Below the pieces are notes generated by a model. It saw only the letters and a program-made list of their open reading frames with translations. It was not told the DNA's origin and ran no database searches. This document shows, in pieces, positions 1 through 11,170 of a DNA stretch of 64,000 nt. Positions within the stretch are counted from its first letter, which is position 1, and every line of letters begins with the position of its first letter. Position numbers and translations under genes: made by a program. Source of the stretch: Fimbriosthenelais zetlandica (lineage: Eukaryota); the NCBI GenBank assembly GCA_977030845.1, contig OZ365112.1, positions 14,446,001 through 14,510,000 of the forward strand, given 5' to 3'.

Positions 1-3000
1 ACTATATGTTTTAGAATTAACTTAGGGCATGTCTTTACTTGAATGAAGATTATAATGCTTCTTAAAGACATATACTTACACCAACTTATTCCCCATACTT
101 CTATAATTGTTACTCATAAATCGCTAGTCCTAATTATATATGATTATTCAGACTCTTTGCTTTTTACTACCTAATTGTTATCATATAAAATCAACAGGTA
201 GTAAGCCTACTTATCAAAACCTTCCAGTCGGATGGACCCTGAGATTACTGCCCTTTCTGCATCTAGAATATGGTAGTTGCACAGGGATACATTCTTATAT
301 ATTTTTCTGCTCCAAACTCTTTGAAACAGTGTTTGCTTTCCGTCTGGTTTTTGGACCTATTATGTTGTATCTATTTCGTGGTGGCCATGCTTAGAACATA
401 GCACAGTGCCTGTTCTGCATGTCACAGCCTCAACATGACCTTCCATATACAGTAGCAAGGACCTGGGTGGGTGGGTGACAGGGTGGGGGGGTTGAAGCAG
501 TGTAGTTGCTCCACTGCCAACATATGTCTGTCACTATGATTCATGATCGACTAAGTGCTAAAAGGCTTGGGCCCAACATCCAGTTACAACCACGACTCCT
601 CATTCAACCTGTCACCACTCGACCTCTTCTAACTGGGAGAAATTGCACGCTTCTTTGATGTTCTCTCAATTATTGCCATCAGTATCACTATCATTTCTCT
701 CAGGTTAATAAGGTGATGTATTCACTTGACAAATAGTGCTGCAACATGAATGACTTTGGACTCGTTGAACTCAACCTGGCTCAACCTTGGCGCTCTATTT
801 CCCCATAGAGAGATAATGTTTAATAACACAAAAATGCATTCATTAATATATGGATGACCGTTAGATATTTACATCATGATAATGGCTAATTATATATATT
901 TGATAAGGGGGTAAAGCTTGGCGTCTTGACATTGTAATGTAGACTTCTGTACATTCTTCCTGTAATTTGTGATGCATGTAATAGTTCTTACCCAAAAAGA
1001 TAAATTAACTCTTCCAGTCATTAATTACATTAGGGGAATACTAGTAATAAAATCAGGATTTACTTTATAGCCTTTCAAAGTGGATACTTTTCCCAGTAGG
1101 CTTCTATAATATATATTTTTCTTCAAATGCCTACATACCTCTGAGGCTCTGTGAAAGCCGCTGTCCCCATTGCAAATGGCATTTCGTCATTTCGCATTTT
1201 AAATGGCCATTTTACAAAATAGAGAGAATATAAATTCAGTGAAACTGTAACAGAGAATAGCCATTTATTACATTGTTCGGCCTGAGTCAAAATCTAAGAG
1301 AATTTAGGCTTTAATATGGAAGACAATTGGAAGTCCCCTATTATCGCCCGGCATGTTTGCTATGACGATAGATTTGAATCTTTTCTCCCGCATTGCTACT
1401 CACAAATCAAAGCTGATATATTCAAAACGTCCCAATGATCTCACTGACTTATCCCTTGATTATAAAATCAAACCCGGCGGGGTGACCTCTTATTAGAAGG
1501 TGTCTAAACTACAGGCTTCCCCCTCTTAGACACCCACTCTGCCACCTACCCGGCTAATATAAGGCCTCATTTAAATCGATGACATAACCGAGTTGTTTGG
1601 TGTTTTGACTCGCCCATTCACTTCCAACCGACTATGTGTCACAACCTACAGACCACTGGGACTTTAATTTGTATGGAGAGACCCGGGAACCTTTGAAATC
1701 CCTACAATACCATTCGGGAAATGTCTCTTGTGCATTTCATCCGGGGGTGACGTAATCGTCCAAAGGGCCCAAGGCCAATAAATGGCAGAGGAGTTGGCGT
1801 TGTAAAAACCCCTATTGTTCAGGCTGGAGATGGGACTGGTCACTTGAATACATTGGTTTAGTGTTCCCAACTACCCCCGGGGCTATGGTAAGACCCCAGA
1901 CAGATGTGGTCAAAAGGCAAGTGGCCAAAGGTGATAGGGGCATTCTGGTATGCGAGTATTATTATTCATCGGCTGGTTTTTGATAGAAAGCCAGCGATCC
2001 TGGCCAATATTTTAGGACTTTCTGGACTAATTCTCCAAGGGTCTGTTTGTTTTGGAGATGTGACATCTTGTTTTGCCACTTTTTGGCCCAAACTGTTTGG
2101 CTATGGAGTTGATTTGAGTGATTACATCGTGTTTCCTTAGAATCTAATGAACCTAGACTTCTGAAAATATAATTGACTTTCCTACACAAGGATTCTGTTT
2201 GTCATGAACATTTCTGCAATAGTGAATATATCATATTTTGATATGAGTGTAGTAAGCCTACAATTTATATCAGAAAACCGGCATTTCTAGCAGTGTGAGA
2301 GAGACAATGAAACCACTTCTGTGAACGTATTTGTGCCCGATTACCGTGGCAGCCAGCTTGGTGATGCGCCTGTCCATGCTTGTCTTTTATTCATAGCTTA
2401 TGTAGTGGGATCATCTAGTAGGCATCACACACAGCCCCAAGACAATGTGGGGATGTCCTCTCCTCTCTTGCTTGCTTTCTCTGCCTCTGCTGTCATTTGC
2501 CTGACAGCGAGACAACTGCTAGCTGTCAAGGCTCAAATTCACATGTCCACATGTCACACAGTTCCCCGAGAACAACACAACACCCAACCCCTCACACAAT
2601 CACCAACCCCCAACCCTCCAACCCCCAACACAGCCACATTTACCACAACATGCTACAATCCAAACCCTCCCTTTCCCTAACTACTTATTATTATTTCTCG
2701 AATTACGTTTTATCCAAACAGAAAGTCAAGTCCCTTTATGGGACAAGGAAATGAAGAATGAAATGAAGCTGGAAAAGGACTTTGTCAGAATCCTGACGTG
2801 TATAAAAAGGCCATGATGTACTAAAGAGATACCAAGCAAAACACACAATTCTCCTGATATTGCTCTAAGCACGGTTGTGACTGACTCGGGGATTGTCATA
2901 TCATACATTGATCTCTTATTCAGCTATATCACCAGATGGAATATTGCCCTATACCCACATATATAATATATTGGGATTATAGAATATTCTATTACTATTC

Positions 3001-6000
3001 TTTATTACTGCTCAAAACAGGCTTCAGGGCTCCATTGTACATTGTCCTAGAATTTATTATTCTGTCAATAGCCCAAGAACCATGCACAGAGTAGGAATAT
3101 ATTAATGTATTTTAACCACAGACCAAAAATGTGTCGGGAATCCTTGAAGACTGCCATAGAATCAAGCCACCTCAACCAAATGATAAATCCCACAAATGTG
3201 GGTATCTAAAATTGTCTTGTTAACTATTGGATGAAGTTCTTTCTGTGGCTCATCTGATGGCATGATAGGGCTATTATGACTTGTAATGATGCTCACCCCC
3301 TCCCACCCTTGAGCAGCCCCAGCTTCCCTCATCCCCCTCCCTCTCCTCCTCCTCCTGTTCCCCACATCATGTGTCGACAGGCATGGGGTTCAAAGGGCAG
3401 AGCGAAACAATAACGATGTCTGATTTTGTCTTATTTGAAATGAGATTTCTCCGTCGGCTATGGAATACGGCGTGAATAATTGATAGAGCCCATACTGCAG
3501 TGCGTTGATGCTGGTGATGGGGGTTGCATGAAGAGAAGGAGGTTGGAGGGAAGGAGAAGGCGGTGGAAAATGCCTCTTCATTCCTCCTCCAGGGCTGTTT
3601 GGTATTCTAGATAATTTCCAGAGAAAATTCCCTTAAACTATTGAGGGATGTTGCATTACAAGGAAGCTCAGTGGTTCAACCCCTTATCTACTACAAAATA
3701 TTTACTGATTTTAGTGGATATGAAAATTCGTTGGTGTCAAAGCATATCAGGTGTGGATTCAGTGTTTGAGTAAACACTGATAATGTTCTGAATATGACAG
3801 TATATAAATATTGCTTCTTTGCCAGTGGTAGGGTGGTAGACTTGCTGTATATATGTATGGTGTTTTTCTAGTTGGTGGAGCCTGGCTATGTAATAATATT
3901 GATGCTATCAGTGAGGACCAGCAATTTCAGCCCAATGCTCATACACTGCGTTATATCAAACACCCTGCTTGATCAGCTCTCCACCATTGTTGACAGCTGT
4001 CTACACTACTTGTTTTAACCTACAGGCAGACAGAAACTGACAGAGGTGGGTGGGTGGTTAGAGTGGGACCAAAAGATCCCATTCACAAAAGGTCCTTACA
4101 TCATACCATCCTTCTTTTGGTTTAACATCACATTCAGCCAAAGTCACAAAGATGTACAGAATTTTTTTCCATTCATTAGGCCAAACGGGGTGCCAGAAAA
4201 TGAAATCTAACTCTCAGCTTAGAGTAAAATGTAAATGGGCTAATATCTATATTCGGTTGAGAGATGGACAGGTCTTTCTAGTGATGGATTTTGGTAGAAC
4301 ACTTTAAAAGCATGATTTTTGGGGCGAATTTTTCGAAAAGCCTCTGCAGCCCAAGTGTCATCTTGATTATGCTTTATCTTCCACATGATAGTGGACCCAG
4401 CATCACCAACAAAATTCACTGTATGATTCCCCACAACTACCACTCCCCAAAGCCCCAGACCACCAACAACAACCCACTTGTCAACTCCCATTTGTCCGGC
4501 TAGGACAGGCCGGGAGCAGGGCCGAGACAAGGGGAGCAAACCTCAAGGCCTGCGGCAGCGAGGTGCCACTCGTTGCCGGCCTCCCATGCTGGGACCATCC
4601 TTGCCTTAATGAGCCCTCACCCACCACGCCCCTACATCGGATCAATAGATAATCTACCTGTCTCTTCCTATTGTTTTCCTCCCTTCTTGATGGACAAGTC
4701 TTCCACCCCTGACTGGCCCTCGGGGTCAGACTTTCCTCATTACCCTCGCGTGTGCATACTCGCCTTAATAAGTCGATAATTACCAACTCTGCTCAGCCTG
4801 TAATTGATATTCCCTCTCCTCCTACTCCCACTGCTCCTCCTCACCATGTTATTTTTTCCTCTTGGTTGGTTGTGTATTTTTTCTATTTAGACCTTTCTCC
4901 CTGACTGGTTGGGGAGTTGTGGTGATGGTGGTAGGGGGAGGTCAAGTTCTAGTGACCACATCACGCTATGTTGGAGAGGAATGACAGGGGGGAGCCTACA
5001 CATCCCCTGGAGCACTAATCAGAACAGACAAATGACTCTATGAATGCATATTACCAGCTCGACAATGCATATTACTCCCCACTCCCCACTATATATACCC
5101 TCACTGTGCAACATCTTCATCACATGGATCTACATGGATGATGATATCATTCCTAGCAAATCTTATAAATATTTGTACTATATTTTTTCCACCTAAGCCA
5201 CATGAAATGCAGAGGAAAGTGAATGAAAATTTCATAGCGCATGACATTTAGTTTTTTATCTAAAATATATTCTCTTCTATCCATGGATATATTGCACTCG
5301 GTAAGATATCCCATTGGTAATGACTGATATATTCATATACCAACAACAGCATGCCATTAATTATATCTAAAAGCAATACAGCTTTGAAGTAAGTTGGTTG
5401 TTAAGCAATAGGCGTATACTTTTGAATTATTCTTATGCACTGACAGAGATCAGCTGAGGCAATGGTGCAGCAAGTCATTTTTTACTCCATGAGATATCCA
5501 TGGGATATTCATATACAATCCAAGTTAAAACATGCCCAGACGAGTCCAATACCTACAAAAGTTATGACTTCCCCTGTAGTTTAGTGGTATCCACTGCTTG
5601 CTAATTAAATTACACTTGTGGGGCATTACAGATATTTATGGACATATATGAATAATCTTCGCACATATGGGCAGCTATTGGCTATAAATTAGGGTCCATA
5701 TTGTTCTCTGCAGATCTCTATACGTATATATCAAATTGATTAAATTAACCTATGATATTGATATATAGTTTTAGGAAAGGCATACACTACGAATGACTAC
5801 TGTTCTCCCAATGTTTCTCAAATATAGTAACCTTCCATCCTGACCTTCAAGCAGCTCCCAAATATAAAAACCTCATAAAATAATGTAAAGACCTTTTCAT
5901 GTCCTCCTCTGGGGTCTTTTAACCCCTTTTCCTTTCACCCTTGCTCTCTGGTCCGCCTCTCTCTGTCAATGTGTCCTTCTCTGTTATCAAATACAATTTG

Positions 6001-7631
6001 ACTAAAAGCTGGGCCATGTGTAAGGTGTGAGGTGGCGGTCAGTGGTGGGGACTGGGTACTAGGTACAGACGCCCCACACTAATGGGTTAAAGCTAGCCTC
6101 GAGGAACAGGGATCCTGTCAGAGGGCTCGATGATACAAAGTGCTAGTTGGCAGCAGAGAGTGTTTTCCTGAATCCATCAATATCTAGGCCAATCATGCGA
6201 GCATGCCAGCTGAGCAACTCCTGCTGCCAGAACCCAGGCCATGAGCTGCTCTCTATATACACGCCTATATGCTGTATGTATACACGCCTATATTCTCTGT
6301 CCAGTCTCCCTTGACACGGCCATAATATATATCTCCTTTCGTCGAATGCACAGGCAGATGCCAGAAAACGGTAGTCTCCAGATTATTAAAAGGTCCCTAA
6401 TTATAAATACCAGCTATTATTAGTTCCCTGTCCAGTATCTTTCACTGGGAGGTTGAAAGAGTCTGGATAGTGTTTGGATGGGAATATGAAGAGAGTGTGG
6501 GTAGTGTATTGCCGGGAGTGTAAAGAGAGTGTGGATAGTGTATGAGGCATATTGGCGGTGGTTGAATGGTGACAGGTTTCATGTCATAATAGAGCTCCTA
6601 ACCCAAAACCTTGAGCCATACCGTGTGATGCTCTTCTAGCTGTATGGTCCTTGTACTCATAACTTAACATATGAGTAAGGGAAGGCTCAACTAGTAAGAC
6701 TGTTATATGGGCATTAAGGAGAAGAAGGCCATTTAAATGATGCTGAGGTCAATTTCTCTCTTTGTCTCATTTTTTCGGCTATTCTGAATATATTCTCCTT
6801 GCTTTTCGGATGCCTTGTCGCTCATCTTCTCAAACTTTTTTTATGACTTGCATTTGTATATACGTGTACATTCATACTGAAGCGGTTTACTTATTATAGT
6901 GAGTCTATTATACAGTAATATCTCTTAGAAGATTGGAGAAAAATATCCTTCTCTGATATGTTTCCATGGGGATTCTGCGAGAGTGTGCAGTAAATATGTT
7001 CATATCTTAGATGAGAGTTGGGAAATAGTCTCATGATATACTAATATTATTAATTAAATGAGACAGAGAAAAATTCTGTGATAGCATACTGGCGCCAGGC
7101 ATTGCCTCCTGCCTCTAGGTATTATACAGGTATAGATAGGAGCAATTGACACAGAACGAGATCAGACATTAATTGATTTTGACACTAACAAGTATCATTG
7201 GACTGAAGCCAAAGATATCATGGATGATCTAGTCAATTTCCATATTAGATAGGTTTCCTATCTCATTTAAGCTCATATAGGCGTAAATGATATCATGTAC
7301 TGGAGTATTAGGTTTATGTTCGTCTAATGGAGGACATTGTAAGCCTACGTATTCAAATTAAATAGTTATCATTAGTTAGCTATAGAGGCATTCAGACACA
7401 TGAATTACAGGCTATAGTCAGATTTAACGTAAATTATGTCTTTGCATTTAGGAAAAACCTTTTTTTGATAATTTTGTCATCAAGAACTTCTAGAAATAAA
7501 TTTTACTAACAGCTAGGTAGATCACTCATATCTTTTGGGTGAGCATGCAATGGGACAATGCTTTATTAGTTTGTAGGGAAAACATCCATTTTGTTTCAAA
7601 ATTCATCAACTTCTGTTTATATATCTTCCAG
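1..7631 (+). other. 3' part of the Hox2 intron that precedes the homeobox exon (at least 7.6 kb; the 5' end is outside the window)
   Basis: Ends in a polypyrimidine tract and acceptor (acttctgtttatatatcttccAG, AG at 7630-7631). No YPWM-type hexapeptide exon was found in 1-7631. Confidence 0.75.
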
Positions 7632-9805
7632 ATTTCGGTGATATTGGTGGTCCTGGTTCCAATGGTAGCAGCAACAACCCCCGCCGTCTGCGTACAGCCT
7701 ACACCAACACTCAGTTGCTGGAGCTAGAGAAGGAATTCCATTTCAATAAGTACTTGTGTCGACCCAGGAGGATTGAAATAGCTGCCTCTCTGGACCTGAC
7801 CGAGCGTCAAGTGAAGGTATGGTTTCAGAATAGGAGGATGAAATACAAAAGACAGACACACACAAAGCCTGAGCCGGGAGAGGGGGTGGTCTTAGGCGAT
7901 GACAAGGTCACCTCCAGCAGTCCCGGAGCTGAGAGCATCTCCATGGAGGAATGTAACCAAGGAAACGAGACCAAACTTCCGGTTTCTCACAAAGGATCGG
8001 GCAACACTGACAATAGTGGAGGGGGCAACAATAGCAATGTGAATAGACTGAATGTGGGTGTCCCTCAAGGTGGGGGAACAGGAGGAGGAGGTGGGACTGA
8101 TAGTGAAACCTCAGGCACTGAGACACCGCTGGGTACCGGAAACGGAAGTGAAGGCTCTCCACACGAGGAGGAGCGGAAGTGTGGGGACGTGACGTCAGTT
8201 ACTACGCTGGCGAGCGACGAAAATAGCAAGGACGACGTAGATCAGATGGAGGTGGATGCACTGAAATCAGAAAAGGATGATATCAGGGCCAGCACTTTAC
8301 GTAAAGGCTTGATAGCAGGACCTGATGTTGTCAAGAGATTCTGTGGCGATAGTAGTCAAGTCGAGGGAGGGATACATCTAGACGGATTTAAAGTAGAGAA
8401 AGAAGTCGCGATTTCCCGGGCAGGGTACCACCAAACGGTGGATCCCGTAGAATATAATTATAGCATATCTGGGACTAGTTCAGAGAAATCCACCCCTTCC
8501 TATCCCATCTCGTCACATCAGTATCTATCCTCTGTCAAGTATCCTCTGTCAGCCTCACAATTAAATCACAGCAACCACCCACCTGGAGGTGGGCCTGGAG
8601 CAGGAGCGCCGTCCCATCCAGGGTTAGACGCCAGACACCCGCTCTCCCCACCTATATCCCCCCACCCAGGTGCTGTAATGCCTGTCACAAGACAACACTC
8701 GGCTGGGATAGGATGCTATGGACCTTCTCCAGGTTATGGTACTCCAGGGTATGACAATATGTCCCATACAGGAGCAGGAGGGGTCGGAGGAGGTGGAGGA
8801 GAGGCCAGGTCTTCACCCCTCAGTCCTGCTTGCTCGAGCACATCCCCATCCAACCATAGCAACCTCACCACTACCGCCACGCCACCTCGTGTGCAAGACA
8901 GGTTCCCTGGTTACACCAACATGGCTACCAGTTACCAAGGCAACGGACCAAGCTCCCTTCATCATCAGCAGTCATCGCAGCAACAACAGCAGCAGCAGCA
9001 ACACCCGGGTTATCGGCAACCTATGGTCCATCCCAACAATAACCCGGGCTATTTTGCTCAGGGTAATTTTGGGCCTAGAATGACTAATTATGACATGAAT
9101 TGTACTGACTTGAGCAGCAATGAACAGATCAGATCGTCACAAGGAGGAGGAGCAGGAGGAGGGGGAGGCCCAACAATAACAGGGGCTTACATGGAACATG
9201 ATACTAGATTCAATGCTCAAATTCATACGCAACAACAAACCCAAAATCCACAGCAACACAGACAAATGAACTATTCGGGGAATTTCTCCTCTTTGCATCT
9301 CAATAATGGAATGAACAGGCTTCATGGGTATATGGATAGGACTAGGGACAATATGCTCCAGAGCAACGAGATGGGCATGGAACAGCAGCACTATGGCGTT
9401 CCTAGTTACCACGGATACCAAGTGAACGGGCAAACGAATATGGTTCAGAATACTGTCAATCATTATGGCGGTTATAGTCGCGACCAGGGACAGATCCAAC
9501 ATTTCATTTCCAATGGTCAAATACATTCTAATGCCCAAATGGGTGTTAACAATAACGTTTACCAACAACAGCAGTCAGATCCAAACGTACCTCAACAGAA
9601 TCGATTGGCAGACCAATACAGCAATGAACTAGCGAGAGAAAATTGTGATTCAAATTTCAGTAGCAACTATAGCATGACAGACTATGGAAATGCAACCACG
9701 CACACCGGAAATGGAGAGCCAAATATGGCTTCCCCTTCCAGCGAATCCCCAGACTACAATATTTTCTCTGAATTTTGTGCCTCCACACCAGGAGGGTTCT
9801 ATTGA
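7632..9805 (+). CDS. pb: Hox2/proboscipedia homeodomain transcription factor, terminal coding exon (5'-partial gene)
   Basis: After the phase-1 acceptor the frame reads (D)[75 protein letters not shown], a diagnostic paralog-group-2 homeodomain ([27 protein letters not shown]). It stays open to TGA at 9803-9805. Confidence 0.96.
7679..7858 (+). other. pb: Hox2 homeobox (180 nt, no internal intron)
   Basis: 60 codons from P(CCC, 7679) to T, matching the Antp-class homeodomain register. Confidence 0.95.
8979..9003 (+). repeat. CAG/CAA repeat encoding a polyglutamine run in the Hox2 tail
   Basis: cagcaacaacagcagcagcagcaac; the translation shows [12 protein letters not shown]. Confidence 0.85.
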
Positions 9806-11170
9806 AATTAAAGCTTTTATTTCATAGATTACATCTGTATATATATGTTCCTGGGAGTCTTCCTCATCTCTCCTCTGCCTTCTTTCCCTAGTATCCTGGT
9901 CGCATGACAACACTATCACGTGATAGCAACACTGATGGCAAGGTGGCAGCATGGACCGTTACCATAGCAACGCTTCAGTAAACGAAGCCAAGCTGACCTG
10001 GTGCATGACACGTTTCTTGTGCTATTAGATCTCGGCGGATCAAAACCATTCTGTGAGCGTGGTCGATATGAAAGCTCACCCTTACCCTGCTTTTATTCCT
10101 CCTCCTCTCTCCCTCATCCACTCTCCCCAACCCCCTAACCCTGGATATCTATCTATACAAGAGAAAGGGGTAAGCGGCAACCGTACATTTATTGATGATT
10201 CCCTCACACACCAACATCGTGTATAGTATATAACATGTCTCTACTTAATCCAAACTAATTCACTAAAAAAAAAATCCAGAAGTGGAAGAATAATCAAAAC
10301 GGGTTCATCAAGTAAGCATGATCATGATTGAATAAAAAATTATTATTATAAGCCTAATTGTAGTTTTCCCAATGTTGGGTGTTTACCGTGTTAAGGATTG
10401 CTCTCTGAAATTCCAGTTTGTTTTCGCCATGGATATCTTCTTAAGATATTTTTTGTTAAGGCTGGGTGTAATATTTAAAAACTACAAACGGACTGTAGTT
10501 TTTGTAGAGACCACTTGGTGATTGTGGTTGTAGGGAGATTGTTATTGAAGGGGTGGGGGTAAGAGGGGGAGGGGGTCAGCTGAGTACATGATAGGGGTGA
10601 TGAAAATTTAATGTGATCTGGTCTGGTCAGGTTGCGACAAGAAACTAATCATTAACCCCTTCCTCTGTGCAAACAATTGAAATAAGAAAAGATATCCTAA
10701 ATTGCAATAACTAATTGCCGACTGATTTGAACTGCGATTCTTATTAGTTGAGGATAGTAAGTATTATGAGCCTATACTGCATATTGTAGCGGTATACACC
10801 TGAATCTCAAATAAATGTTATTTTCTACTGATCGTGCATATATATGTAAATCCAATAATGTCTGATTTTTAATAATGTTAAAGTATTTAATTATTTCGAA
10901 TTGTGAAAAAATGAGTATTTCATTTTGTCCCATTCCAATTCAATGTTTGTATGTATGTATTGCTATGTGAAATTGGTCATTCACTTAATCTTGCCATTTA
11001 TTTCGGTAGTTCTAATGTTACCAAATGTTTGACTACTCAATCATTCATGTAGGCCTATACATGTACATGTAATTTTCGCAACATGAGCTTGAGATGTATA
11101 TCAGTCGGAAACAGTGTTTTTGTTCTGTAATTTCCTGTCAATTTGAAAATATAAAGAAACTTGTGAATCC
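9806..11170 (+). other. Probable Hox2 3' UTR; the 3' end is uncertain
   Basis: AT-rich sequence after the stop. AATAAA at 10331-10336 and 10810-10815, plus a UGUA/U-rich stretch and AATATAAA near 11149. Confidence 0.4.

Noticed and set aside
3664-3683. AGCTCAGTGGTTCAACCCC, resembling tRNA A and B boxes
   Set aside because: The boxes overlap with no spacer and there is no cloverleaf; too short to call a tRNA or SINE.
1-7631. Hox2 exon 1 (hexapeptide exon) inside the window
   Set aside because: The TGGATG occurrences I checked (near 852, 3229, 7223) do not give a YPWM-like context, so exon 1 should be upstream.
7715-7717. ORF-track start of the 696-aa Hox2 ORF
   Set aside because: The codon is TTG inside the homeobox. 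The frame extends upstream to the splice acceptor at 7631/7632.
7908-9952. Alternative-frame and antisense ORFs over the Hox2 exon (84, 121, 143 and 100 aa)
   Set aside because: They are shadows of the GC-rich coding exon with no recognisable domain.
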